Shown here: piece by piece, positions 50,722 to 59,506 of the stretch
Layout: every line of letters starts with the position of its first letter
Numbering within the stretch: position 1 is the first letter of the stretch
Virus record (IMG/VR): IMGVR_UViG_3300030376_004017
Strand: one strand, 5' to 3'
Origin: an uncultured virus (IMG/VR IMGVR_UViG_3300030376_004017)
Lineage: Duplodnaviria; Heunggongvirae; Uroviricota; Caudoviricetes
Length of the DNA: 64,000 nucleotides
Made by a program: the position numbers and the translations under genes
The notes under the pieces: generated by a model
Seen by the model: only the letters and a program-made list of their open reading frames with translations
Database searches by the model: none
What the model was told of the DNA's origin: nothing

Positions 50722-51010
50722 AAAGAAAAGCCCAAAATCTTCAATGAAATGCGGAGAAGTGCGTAAAAGCACTCGTTCTGATAAAAAGATAATGAAGCTT
50801 TACTGCATAGACGGTGGTAAAAAACTTGTTCACGCAGGTGCGAAAGGTTACGGAAACAATTATTCCGACGCTGCTCGTAAGTCTTTTAATGCTAGACATA
50901 AATGTTCTACAGCTAAAGCTGGTACAGCTAAACACTTAGCTTGCACTGAGCTTTGGAAAAAAGGCGGCAGGAAAACTAGCAATCCTAGTAGCCGGAAAGG
51001 TAAATACTAA
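50711..51010 (+). CDS. Small basic protein
   Basis: ARKSFNARHKC motif. Confidence 0.65.
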   Translation: MAAKKKSPKSSMKCGEVRKSTRSDKKIMKLYCIDGGKKLVHAGAKGYGNNYSDAARKSFNARHKCSTAKAGTAKHLACTELWKKGGRKTSNPSSRKGKY

Positions 51011-51174
51011 TGGCAGCTAAACAAAAACAATTAACGAATAGGCAAAAAGAAACTTTAAAAAAACACTCAGTTCATCATACAGCAAAACATATGTCAGAAA
51101 TGCGTAAAATGATGAAAAACGGCAAAACTTTTACGGCAGCTCATAAAGCAGCTATGAAAAAAGTAGGTAAATAA
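51010..51174 (+). CDS. Small basic protein (54 aa)
   Basis: Own translation MAAKQKQLTNRQKETLKKHSVHHTAKHM...AMKKVGK. Confidence 0.6.
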   Translation: MAAKQKQLTNRQKETLKKHSVHHTAKHMSEMRKMMKNGKTFTAAHKAAMKKVGK

Positions 51175-51317
51175 TGGCAGCTAAAAAGAAAGATGCTTGT
51201 TATAATAAGGTTAAAAGCCGCTATAAAGTTTGGCCTTCTGCTTATGCAAGTGGAGCTTTAGCTAAATGCAGGAAGGTTGGAGCTGCTAATTGGGGCAATA
51301 AATCTAAGAAAAAGTAA
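51174..51317 (+). CDS. Small basic protein (47 aa)
   Basis: Own translation MAAKKKDACYNKVKSRYKVWPSAYASGALAKCRKVGAANWG... Confidence 0.65.
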   Translation: MAAKKKDACYNKVKSRYKVWPSAYASGALAKCRKVGAANWGNKSKKK

Positions 51318-51559
51318 TGCCAAAAGTTCGCAAATCAAAAGAAGGTGCAGCTTTAAAGCGTTGGTTTAAGGAAGGTTGGGTAAATGTAAAAACTGGAAAA
51401 GCTTGTGGGGATGCTGATGGCGGTTATTGTAGACCTACTAAACGAGTAAGTTCAAAAACACCTAAAACATTAGGAGAAATGTCTAAATCAGAAAGAAAAA
51501 GAAAAGTTTCTGAAAAAAAACGAACAGGCAGAGCAACTCCAGCTAGACGAAAAAAGTAA
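51317..51559 (+). CDS. Small basic protein
   Basis: LKRWFKE.WV...CRP.KRVSSKTPKT. Confidence 0.65.
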   Translation: MPKVRKSKEGAALKRWFKEGWVNVKTGKACGDADGGYCRPTKRVSSKTPKTLGEMSKSERKRKVSEKKRTGRATPARRKK

Positions 51560-51562
51560 TTT

Positions 51563-51679
51563 ATGCCATACGGAAAAAGTACAAGTGGAAGTAAAGCGGG
51601 TAAACCGCCGAAAAAAAATAAATTAAAATCTAGCAGTAAAAAATCTTCTGCTAAGAAAATGAAACGAGGTAAGTATTAA
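51563..51679 (+). CDS. Lys/Ser-rich peptide (38 aa)
   Basis: Own translation MPYGKSTSGSKAGKPPKK...KRGKY. Confidence 0.5.
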   Translation: MPYGKSTSGSKAGKPPKKNKLKSSSKKSSAKKMKRGKY

Positions 51680-51680
51680 T

Positions 51681-51857
51681 ATGTTAAAATCAAAAACTGT
51701 TTGGACAGCTGTGACAGCTGTCGTAGGTGCAGCTTCCGGTTATTTTACTGGCGAACTTGAAATGGCAGCTGCCTTGCAGCTGGTTGTTACAAGTGTTTTA
51801 GCTGTGTTTGTTAGACACGGTGTTAAAAAATCCGAAGACGCAGCTAGGGGAAATTAG
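51681..51857 (+). CDS. Putative holin
   Basis: MLKSKTVWTAVTAVVGAASGYFTG...; homologue of 5298-5465. Confidence 0.7.
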   Translation: MLKSKTVWTAVTAVVGAASGYFTGELEMAAALQLVVTSVLAVFVRHGVKKSEDAARGN

Positions 51858-51863
51858 TTAGTT

Positions 51864-52064
51864 ATGTGGATGCTTAAACTTCTGGGAATGCTAGGCGTTT
51901 TACGCGACCTAGTTTCCCAGTTGTTTAAAGTTTTCAAAAAAACAACAGCTAATGTCAGAAGAAAAAGCAAAGATAAAGCAGTGGATGATGCCATTGCTGC
52001 TGCTCTTGGTCACGATGACCAGCTGTGCGACAGTCGATCTGAAGAACGCAGAAAGACTGATTGA
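51864..52064 (+). CDS. Putative i-spanin
   Basis: Hydrophobic N-terminus; KDKAVDDAI shared with the 6228 gene. Confidence 0.6.
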   Translation: MWMLKLLGMLGVLRDLVSQLFKVFKKTTANVRRKSKDKAVDDAIAAALGHDDQLCDSRSEERRKTD

Positions 52065-52182
52065 AAGACATCCAGCTGGCTTTCAAGATGCTGTTCGTGC
52101 CTCCACTAATTCAGTGGAATTTGTTCGTGACGCTTTAAAAACAATCAATCGCCTAGAGGCGGTGATTGAGCGAGAACTTTAA
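51985..52182 (+). CDS. Putative o-spanin lipoprotein
   Basis: MMPLLLLLVTMTSC lipobox; ALKTINRLE shared with the 6343 gene. Confidence 0.7.
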   Translation: MMPLLLLLVTMTSCATVDLKNAERLIERHPAGFQDAVRASTNSVEFVRDALKTINRLEAVIEREL

Positions 52183-52343
52183 TTTCAATAAGGGCCGACT
52201 CTAATATCGGCAAAGTTGGTTTACCATTACCCCGAAAGGGGCCACGCCCTGCACCCTCTGCATAGTAAGCCTTTTTTGATTGGTGTAAGTGTCGGCCTTT
52301 ACACTTGCTTACATATATTATTATATTTATTTTTAATTTTTTA

Positions 52344-52371
52344 TTGACAATTAAAATAAAATATATATTCT
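52344..52371 (+). promoter_or_regulatory. sigma70-type promoter of the phage B replication operon
   Basis: TTGACA-16-TATTCT in an AT-rich gap. Confidence 0.55.
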
Positions 52372-52380
52372 CCTTCTCTA

Positions 52381-52524
52381 GTGGGAGCAACATCAACAGG
52401 AAAACTTAAAGTAGTAGCGGTGAGCGAGAAGGTTCATAAGCTTTTAAAAGATCATTGCATTAAAAAAGGCTTAAAGATCGGCATTGCTACTGAAAACATA
52501 ATAAGAAAATACTTTGAAAAATGA
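52381..52524 (+). CDS. Ribbon-helix-helix-like small regulator (47 aa)
   Basis: Own translation, GTG start: ...KVVAVSEKVHKLLKDHCIKKGLKIGIATENIIRKYF. Confidence 0.55.
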   Translation: MGATSTGKLKVVAVSEKVHKLLKDHCIKKGLKIGIATENIIRKYFEK

Positions 52525-52838
52525 CTGATCCAGAAATAAGGGATATATCGTTGCAACAATTCACATCCTTTGCTCTGCCTAAATTTAATAAAGGTATAGA
52601 AGAGCATAACCCAAAAGGCGATAAGGGGTTGTGGAAAATGAATGAACTTCAACTTGTTAAGGCTTTAAAGGAAGAGGCCGCAGACACTTGGTTTTACTTG
52701 AATGCTTTAGAGCAAAAGTTTTTAAAAAACAGATGCGACGAAATTAATAAGGAATTTCAAATGAAATCCCGTAAGGATAAACAATTTCTCTCGGCGAGTG
52801 CCGAAACAGAAAACCCAGAAATCATAGAAGACGAATAA
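52521..52838 (+). CDS. Hypothetical protein, homologue of 24420-24710
   Basis: TDP.IRDI.L..F...KF.KG..EHNP.G.KGL shared. Confidence 0.65.
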   Translation: MTDPEIRDISLQQFTSFALPKFNKGIEEHNPKGDKGLWKMNELQLVKALKEEAADTWFYLNALEQKFLKNRCDEINKEFQMKSRKDKQFLSASAETENPEIIEDE

Positions 52839-52845
52839 AAATAAT

Positions 52846-53349
52846 ATGTTCTTAAATGCAACTGAAAGCTCTGTGAAAACAGACTTCGAGATTCACCCTA
52901 AAGGGGTGGCAAATGGTGTTTGTGTAGAAGTAGTTACACATAACAAAAAAACAGGTGAGCCGTTTACTAAAAAGACGGCTGAAGGCGAGACTAAAAACCG
53001 GATTATTCTGGTTTTTCAAACTGATAAGACAGCAACCAAAGAGGATGGCTCTGAGGTAAACTGTGTTTATTGGGATTGGCACAATGTGCCTCAATCAATC
53101 GCTAACGAAAACGGATCGCTGCATAAGCGTCTTCGTGATTGGGAGGTTGAGATTAAAGACTTCAAAACAAAAGAAGACTTTGAAACTGCGGTTGTTGGCA
53201 GACCAGCAACTTTAGTGTTCACTCATAATGTGAGTGAGAAGAACGGTAAAACCTACAGCAATATGACAAGCTGCACTCCTCTTGATGAAGGTGCAACTGC
53301 TTTTGTTGCTAAAGATTATCAAATCTATAACGAAGGCGCACCGTTCTAA
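52846..53349 (+). CDS. Phage ssDNA-binding protein (putative)
   Basis: OB-like pattern, GKTYSN, C-terminal PF. Confidence 0.6.
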   Translation: MFLNATESSVKTDFEIHPKGVANGVCVEVVTHNKKTGEPFTKKTAEGETKNRIILVFQTDKTATKEDGSEVNCVYWDWHNVPQSIANENGSLHKRLRDWEVEIKDFKTKEDFETAVVGRPATLVFTHNVSEKNGKTYSNMTSCTPLDEGATAFVAKDYQIYNEGAPF

Positions 53350-54221
53350 TGTTTCTGTCAGCTCAACCGAATAAGCGTGAGCTGAATGGGGATGGCGGTC
53401 ATTGGTATTATCCCGATGGCCGCTCTCTTCATACAGTCCCAAAGAAAGATGGAACTGGTGAAAGAAACACCACTAAGGCTGACGCTAGAAAACTGGGTTT
53501 GTTTCCCAGTGTTACGGCAATAACAAAAATAGTTGCCAACCCAAGTCTTGATCGCTGGAAGCAAAACCAGATGCTTGAGGCTTGTGTAAATAATCCAATT
53601 GTAGGTGGAGAAGACACGGAAGAATACGGTGACAAGATGCGCCAGTTTGCTCAAAAGAAGATGGTGGATGCCAGAGCTTTTGGTTCTCTGTATCACAACG
53701 CAATTGACGAACTAAATAAAACTGGATTTCTCGACAGTAAGTACGATGAGATAAAACCTTTTGTTAAACATTACATTCAATGGACTAGAGATCATTCTGT
53801 TTCCTTTGTTGACACCGAGTTTGTGTGTGTAAACAACAAACTTGGATACGCTGGCCAAGTAGACGGTTTAGCTGTCGTAGACGGTAAACTAACACTACTT
53901 GATTATAAGACTCAGGACGTTAAAGAAGACGCTAAAGGAAACCTTAAACCTAATTACTATGATAGTTGGGTTTGGCAGTTGGCAGCATATAAAAATGCAG
54001 ATTGGGAAAACAAGCCGCCCCGAATCCAGCAAGTGATGAGTGTGGTTTTGTGTTCGCAATCACCTTGCTATCCGATTATGAAGGTTTGGACTTCACAAGA
54101 ATTATCAAATGCTTGGAAGATATTCAAAGCCAGCTGCGCTATATGGCAGCTTACAAACAAATTCAACCCCGCTGAAAATGCTAAGTTGATAAAAGAAAAT
54201 GGGGAAGCAACAAAGAGATAA
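53349..54221 (+). CDS. PD-(D/E)XK exonuclease
   Basis: PSVT, GSLYH, YAGQVD, LDYKT, QLAAY. Confidence 0.8.
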   Translation: MFLSAQPNKRELNGDGGHWYYPDGRSLHTVPKKDGTGERNTTKADARKLGLFPSVTAITKIVANPSLDRWKQNQMLEACVNNPIVGGEDTEEYGDKMRQFAQKKMVDARAFGSLYHNAIDELNKTGFLDSKYDEIKPFVKHYIQWTRDHSVSFVDTEFVCVNNKLGYAGQVDGLAVVDGKLTLLDYKTQDVKEDAKGNLKPNYYDSWVWQLAAYKNADWENKPPRIQQVMSVVLCSQSPCYPIMKVWTSQELSNAWKIFKASCAIWQLTNKFNPAENAKLIKENGEATKR

Positions 54222-54576
54222 AGGAAAACGTGGGGAAAGAGCTTGGCGGGACGAACTTCGTGCCGCTGGGTTCGATCCCGAAACGACCTACCGAACAAAC
54301 CAATTTAGCGGCAAGTGTCCTGACGGTTCTCCTGACGTTCATTGCGGAGAGCTGCCAGACTTACACTTTGAAGTTAAAAACGTCGAGAAGCTTAACGTGT
54401 GGGCCGCTATGGACAGAGCTTTGGACGATACCCCCTTCGGGAAACTGGCTGTGGTAGCCCATACAAAAAATAACCAAGGATTTTTAGTGACAATGACCAG
54501 CGAAGCTTTCTTTGACATCGTGAGAGAAAGCACCTTCGTAAAACCTATGAAAAAAAATAAAGAAAATGACCATTGA
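54199..54576 (+). CDS. Holliday-junction-resolvase-like PD-(D/E)XK nuclease
   Basis: KGKRGER...PD...FEVK. Confidence 0.7.
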   Translation: MGKQQRDKGKRGERAWRDELRAAGFDPETTYRTNQFSGKCPDGSPDVHCGELPDLHFEVKNVEKLNVWAAMDRALDDTPFGKLAVVAHTKNNQGFLVTMTSEAFFDIVRESTFVKPMKKNKENDH

Positions 54577-55111
54577 AATGCCGGATGAAATATTAAAATC
54601 TAAATTATCACTGTCAGCCAAGCTGATCTGTTCAGTGATTTACAGTTACCCTAGAGCGCAGCAAAAAGAGATCGCAAAGATTCTCGGAGTGACTAGACAA
54701 AGCATCTCTTCGGCCACTAGAGATGCCAAAAAACACAACCTCGACAGCTTTACCTTATGTAAAGAATCCTTTACCTTATGTAAAGAATCCTTTACCCCAG
54801 ACCCAGTAGTAAGTAAGTTAGTAGAAGAGGAGAAAGAAACCAAAACCCTAAAAGCAAAAACTCCGACGAAGGAGGAGGTTGAAGAGTACGGGGCCAAGCA
54901 GGGCGCGGCGGCAATCGTAGATGATTTTTTCCAGACCTATTCGGACAGAGGTTGGATGTCCAACGGTGAACCAATCAAAAACTGGAAGGCAATGTTTCGC
55001 TGGTGGAAAAACAACAAGCTTAACAATCAGCCAGCTGGAAATACTAAACCAAAAAAGAAAATGTCCACAGAGGATGTCTTTTACGAGATGGACGCTGAAA
55101 TCTACGGATGA
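54566..55111 (+). CDS. Replication initiator-like protein (N-terminal HTH)
   Basis: HTH QKEIAKILGVTRQSI, PTKEEV...GW...IKNWKA domain; upstream of dnaB; internal repeats. Confidence 0.7.
   Translation: MTIEMPDEILKSKLSLSAKLICSVIYSYPRAQQKEIAKILGVTRQSISSATRDAKKHNLDSFTLCKESFTLCKESFTPDPVVSKLVEEEKETKTLKAKTPTKEEVEEYGAKQGAAAIVDDFFQTYSDRGWMSNGEPIKNWKAMFRWWKNNKLNNQPAGNTKPKKKMSTEDVFYEMDAEIYG
54748..54796 (+). repeat. 21-bp tandem repeat x2.3 (iteron candidate)
   Basis: ctttaccttatgtaaagaatc twice plus ctttacc. Confidence 0.8.
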
Positions 55112-55140
55112 AAATAATCCTCACAATTTTAATCATTACT

Positions 55141-56502
55141 ATGAAACCAATACAAAAAATACCAAACGACCGTGATGCCGAGCTGGGCTTAATAGGCGCA
55201 GCAATCCAAGGCAAATTTGACGATATTCGCTCCGCTGGGGTGGATGAAACTTTCTTCCACGACCTAAAGTGCCGTGGAATGTGGAAGAGAATAGAGGAAC
55301 TGGAAAGTAACGGCGCGGTCATAACACTGGACACGCTGGCTCACCAAGCCAAAGGTGAAGGGTCTTCTTTGACTTTGCCCGATGTACTGGAAGCAGAGTC
55401 AGCGTGTCCTTCTCCGCTCAACTGGAGTTATTGGGCTGAGATATGTGACGAAAAACGAAAGGCAAGAATAGTCCAAGAAACTGGATTAAGATTAGCAGAA
55501 GAAGCTTCAGCTGTTGAAGACGTTGAACAATTGGTTAGCACAGCTGAGTCATTGGTCTTCTCCTTAACAGACCAAGTTACAACAAAAACAGACAACAGGA
55601 GTGATTCTTTTAAGCGTATTGTAGACACGCTTGAAGAAGCACACAATGGTGGAAGGGTTGGTATAACCACTGGTTATAATTCCATCGACAAAATCCTCGG
55701 CGGGTTGCGTGGCGGTCAGCTGGTTACTATTGCTGCGCGACCCGCTGTAGGTAAATCTGCGCTGGCTGGTAACATCGCCGAAAAGCTGGTTATGAACGGG
55801 ACTCCGGTTGCTTTCTTCAGCTATGAAATGACTCAGGATGAGTTGAACCTTAGAATGCTTTGCTCGTTATCTGATACAAACCTAATTGGAGACGTTATAA
55901 ACGGAGGAGTTGAGGAGTCCGGTAATCGTATGCGGATAATGAAACAAGCCGCAAGCTATGTTCCAAAATTAAACTCAGCACCAATTCACATTGTTGATAA
56001 CGGAAACCTGACAGTATCACAAATTAGGAGTAATGCACGAAGGCTGGTTAAGGACGAAGGAGTAAAGCTGATAATTGTTGATTACATCCAGCTGATTAAA
56101 CCAGCCGCCGAAGATCGACGCGCTCAAAGGCACGTTCAAGTTGGAAACATAACAGCTGAACTTAAACAGATGGCAATGGAGCTTAAAGTTCCTGTGATTG
56201 GGCTAGCTCAGTTAAACCGTGGAGTCGAGGGAGAAGCTAGGCGACCTAGATTATCTGACCTCCGTGAATCGGGTTCAATTGAACAGGATTCAGATGTAGT
56301 TGCTTTCCTTTATATTGACGACCCAGCTATGAGAGATGGCCCCAATATGTTACTCAAGCTAGCTATCGGAAAGAACAGAGCGGGAAGACAAGGAGAGGTT
56401 GATCTTGTGTTTGTGAGAAACAAGATTCGGTTTGAAGACGCTTACCAAAAGAAACACGAAACGTGGCTGAACGAGAAAAAGAAACAACTAGCAGACAGCT
56501 GA
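55141..56502 (+). CDS. dnaB: Replicative DNA helicase DnaB
   Basis: AARPAVGKS, SYEM, VDYIQL, AQLNR, DLRESGSIEQDSD, KNRAG. Confidence 0.95.
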   Translation: MKPIQKIPNDRDAELGLIGAAIQGKFDDIRSAGVDETFFHDLKCRGMWKRIEELESNGAVITLDTLAHQAKGEGSSLTLPDVLEAESACPSPLNWSYWAEICDEKRKARIVQETGLRLAEEASAVEDVEQLVSTAESLVFSLTDQVTTKTDNRSDSFKRIVDTLEEAHNGGRVGITTGYNSIDKILGGLRGGQLVTIAARPAVGKSALAGNIAEKLVMNGTPVAFFSYEMTQDELNLRMLCSLSDTNLIGDVINGGVEESGNRMRIMKQAASYVPKLNSAPIHIVDNGNLTVSQIRSNARRLVKDEGVKLIIVDYIQLIKPAAEDRRAQRHVQVGNITAELKQMAMELKVPVIGLAQLNRGVEGEARRPRLSDLRESGSIEQDSDVVAFLYIDDPAMRDGPNMLLKLAIGKNRAGRQGEVDLVFVRNKIRFEDAYQKKHETWLNEKKKQLADS

Positions 56503-56807
56503 CCGAAGACGAGCTTGTTGAGTATGCTCGCAAGCTTTTTGACGGAAAGATTTTGTCCTATTGGCAAATGAAATCCCCGCCAAGCACGAAAGAAATGGAA
56601 ATAGGATTTTCAATCAATACAGAAAACTTTTGCGAGCAAAGAAGAGAAGCCTATAAAAGGCGATCCTACTGGAAGGAGAGAGCGTTGAAACTTTTAAAAG
56701 ATCCCAGATCAAAGCGGAACGATTTAGAAGCAGCTGAGATAGGAACGAGGTGGAACAATAAGCTAAACACCGAAGTGAAGGATCGAATAAAGCAGACGAA
56801 AAAATAG
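56463..56807 (+). CDS. Hypothetical protein
   Basis: ORF. Confidence 0.5.
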   Translation: MAEREKETTSRQLTEDELVEYARKLFDGKILSYWQMKSPPSTKEMEIGFSINTENFCEQRREAYKRRSYWKERALKLLKDPRSKRNDLEAAEIGTRWNNKLNTEVKDRIKQTKK

Positions 56808-56879
56808 TTTACACAGCTGGGCATAGAGTCGGCGGATGTCGCCGGACGGCGGTGGTTTTGTGGTTATTACCACCACATA

Positions 56880-57272
56880 GTGAACACCAGCTGCGTTTTT
56901 AGGAGGTGTGTGACAAATGACATTACAGCATTTAGTGAGCTGGTTAGCGCGGTCATTGTGCAAGCGTCAATTGACTTCGTGGACGCGCACAGATTTGGAC
57001 TCATTAGCCAGAACTTATCCGTCAACTCGGAAAGAGTTAATGAGGTGCTGCGAGAATCGTATCCAACAAGATGCCCCCTTCCGAAATGGATGGAACCATC
57101 AGACGTTTACAGCTGTGTCAGTTTTTTATTCGAGTCAACAGCCCTTGAGGATGTCATCCCTACCAGCTGGGAAGTCAAGCCAGACGCAGTCAGGAGAGCC
57201 GTCGCCGAAGCAGCTTTTGAAGGTAAAGCTATGAATCACTTTTTCAACTTTGAAGGGATGCACAATGAATGA
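56880..57272 (+). CDS. Hypothetical protein
   Basis: ORF; AVIVQASID pattern; start uncertain. Confidence 0.5.
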   Translation: MNTSCVFRRCVTNDITAFSELVSAVIVQASIDFVDAHRFGLISQNLSVNSERVNEVLRESYPTRCPLPKWMEPSDVYSCVSFLFESTALEDVIPTSWEVKPDAVRRAVAEAAFEGKAMNHFFNFEGMHNE

Positions 57273-57756
57273 AAGGAAAGAGAAGGCTAAAGCATATGAG
57301 GCTGACGTTGTTCAACTTGTAAAAAGAAAGCACCCTCATTGGGCCGTAGCAGAGCCTACAAACGATTACGCAACAGTTGACGGCATCGCATACCATAACA
57401 CAAACCAACAGCTTATAGCGGTCTATGAGATCAAATGTCGCAATCAATCATTTTCAGATTTAATATCCAAATATAATTCAGAGATGCTTGTTGACGCATC
57501 CAAGCTGGAATCAATGCGGATTATTAGCAGGATGTTACGCATCCCCAGCTACCTGTTCAGCTACCTGCTCAAAGATGGTGTCGTTCTTAAAACAAAAATA
57601 ACGAACGACAACGGTCAATTTATTTGCGATAAAGTTGACGCACAACAAATTGCTCCAGCTGGGCTGGACAAAGAAAACATCAGTAAGAAAATGTCGAAAG
57701 TAAAAATTGATGGCACAGAAATTCTCTCGACATCCGAAGCTACCGGAGCAATCTAA
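57265..57756 (+). CDS. PD-(D/E)XK-like nuclease-fold protein
   Basis: E...VDG...YEIKCR. Confidence 0.55.
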   Translation: MNERKEKAKAYEADVVQLVKRKHPHWAVAEPTNDYATVDGIAYHNTNQQLIAVYEIKCRNQSFSDLISKYNSEMLVDASKLESMRIISRMLRIPSYLFSYLLKDGVVLKTKITNDNGQFICDKVDAQQIAPAGLDKENISKKMSKVKIDGTEILSTSEATGAI

Positions 57757-58219
57757 GCAAACCGAAAAACCTTTCCTCCTTGACTCCATAAAAGGATCAA
57801 CTGCAAATTTAGGATCGCTAGGCGAGATGATGGCAGCCCTAGAGCTAATGCTTAACGGCTGGGAGGTTTACACTCAATCAATCTGCAACCCTTCAAATGC
57901 TTTCGATATGATCGCAGTGAAAGGCGAGGCAATTAAGCGTATACAAGTTAAATCTACATCTAAAAAATACAACAATGGCAACAGGAAGAATAAAAAACAC
58001 ATTGTAAAAGTCTGTAAAAGAGATAAAGGAGAAAAGTCTCAATACAGCAAAAGCGACTGTGATTTTATTGTTATTGTGGTTATGGATGAAAGCTGGTTTT
58101 TTGTTATCCCAACGGAAAAGTTCAAATCTCAAACTGTTAGCATTTACACTAACAACGAAAACCAAGTTTCTGGCTGGGTATCTGAGTATAAAGACGCTTG
58201 GGATTTGCTTGATGATTAA
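57707..58219 (+). CDS. PD-(D/E)XK endonuclease, same family as 17349
   Basis: GSLGE...FDMI...RIQVKS...CDFI. Confidence 0.7.
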   Translation: MMAQKFSRHPKLPEQSKQTEKPFLLDSIKGSTANLGSLGEMMAALELMLNGWEVYTQSICNPSNAFDMIAVKGEAIKRIQVKSTSKKYNNGNRKNKKHIVKVCKRDKGEKSQYSKSDCDFIVIVVMDESWFFVIPTEKFKSQTVSIYTNNENQVSGWVSEYKDAWDLLDD

Positions 58220-58422
58220 TTACAACTGGTGATAGTAATGTTGCTATTGGCAACAAGGCAACTACTGGCAACAATAATACAGCTATAGGCCAGCTACCAA
58301 AACCAAACTGTGTAATCATCTTCTGAAGCGTCTTCTGGTAAAATATCGTAATTACTACTGGTGATCATAATACAGCTATTGGTAACACCATCACAGCAGG
58401 AAACAATAACATAGCTATAGGC

Positions 58423-58465
58423 AAAAAAAATCCCCCGCCAGCTGTTAAGCTAACGGGGGTGTTTT
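58423..58465. terminator. Bidirectional terminator between convergent operons
   Basis: A8-t-ccccgccagc...gctaacgggg-gtgtttt. Confidence 0.65.
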
Positions 58466-58566
58466 AGTCTTCTTTATCACAACCAGAACATTCTTTAGGA
58501 GGTTTGCCACATTCCTCGCAATATTCTAGCTCCGAGTAATCAAACTCTCTTTCGTAATCGTCCATT

Positions 58567-58929
58567 TCATTTTTTCAGTATTGTCATTTTAATTTTAAGC
58601 AATCCAGCTTCACAGCTGGCCAAGCGAGAGAAGGCTTCTTTGGAAAGATCCAACTCTCTGCCTTTTATAAATGGGCCTCTGTCGTTTATCGTCACAATAA
58701 CGAAACGAGATTTTCCCAGCTGGCAACGAACCTTAGTACCGAAGGGCAACGTTCTATGCGCTGCCGTCAGCTTGTCGGGATTATAAATCTCTCCCGAAGC
58801 GGTCGGCCTACCTCTGAATCTCTCGCCATACCAGCTGACAATAACTTCCTTCCCAGCTGGCTCTTGTTTTCCGGTTGCGAAAAGGGCGGCGGCTATTGCC
58901 GCCAACCCGATTGATAATTTAAGTTTCAT
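58567..58929 (-). CDS. rlpA: RlpA-family (DPBB) lytic transglycosylase with N-terminal signal/anchor
   Basis: SWYG...TASGE...TAAHRTLPFGT...INDRGPF...LDLS. Confidence 0.9.
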   Translation of the reverse strand: MKLKLSIGLAAIAAALFATGKQEPAGKEVIVSWYGERFRGRPTASGEIYNPDKLTAAHRTLPFGTKVRCQLGKSRFVIVTINDRGPFIKGRELDLSKEAFSRLASCEAGLLKIKMTILKK

Positions 58930-58935
58930 AATTTA

Positions 58936-59127
58936 TTATTCAAAGCACCCTACTCTTTTAAGCTCTTCCCATTTGAGTGACCATTGCTCGAACTGTTTTA
59001 GCTGCTCTAGCACCTCGTTATGTTCGTACGGGGCTTGTTCTTTAGTGAGGCGGTGTCTCGCATTATCGCCAAAGGCGATTTCGTATACTTCGTCTATGAA
59101 TTTTTGATCTGTCATTTTAAGCTTCAT
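58936..59127 (-). CDS. Hypothetical protein, homologue of 28234-28410
   Basis: KFIDEVYEIAFGDNAR shared. Confidence 0.7.
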   Translation of the reverse strand: MKLKMTDQKFIDEVYEIAFGDNARHRLTKEQAPYEHNEVLEQLKQFEQWSLKWEELKRVGCFE

Positions 59128-59296
59128 AACTCAATATTCTTTCCGTCCTTTTTCAACAAGACAGGAGTCACTTCTATATTTGAACCCTCCCAAGGCCGTC
59201 GATGGCTAGGCTTATGATTGCGACTAATATTAGGAAACAATCTCTTTTTAGTTGCAGAGGTATGTTTCCGTTTTCTGTTTTTAGGTTTCTGTTTTT

Positions 59297-59506
59297 TCAT
59301 CGTCTCATATAGTCCTTTAATGTTTTAGCTGACCTGTGGGCTTTAATATTTTTGATGGCTTGGTTTTTCATATCGGCCTCAAGCATATCCATAAACTCAG
59401 CTGACACTCTGGTGAAGCCGGACTTTGGCCTGTGCATTTTGCACATATCCAAAATCCAGAGCTTCAACAAAGATCGAACCAATAAACTTTTAATTATTCT
59501 ACTCAT
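59297..59506 (-). CDS. Small basic protein, possible prokaryotic histone fold
   Basis: LLV.S..K..I, RVSAEF...L, KTL pattern. Confidence 0.45.
   Translation of the reverse strand: MSRIIKSLLVRSLLKLWILDMCKMHRPKSGFTRVSAEFMDMLEADMKNQAIKNIKAHRSAKTLKDYMRR

Noticed and set aside
58219..58422. Diversity-generating retroelement template repeat
   Set aside because: No reverse transcriptase in the window and no adenine-specific TR/VR pair seen
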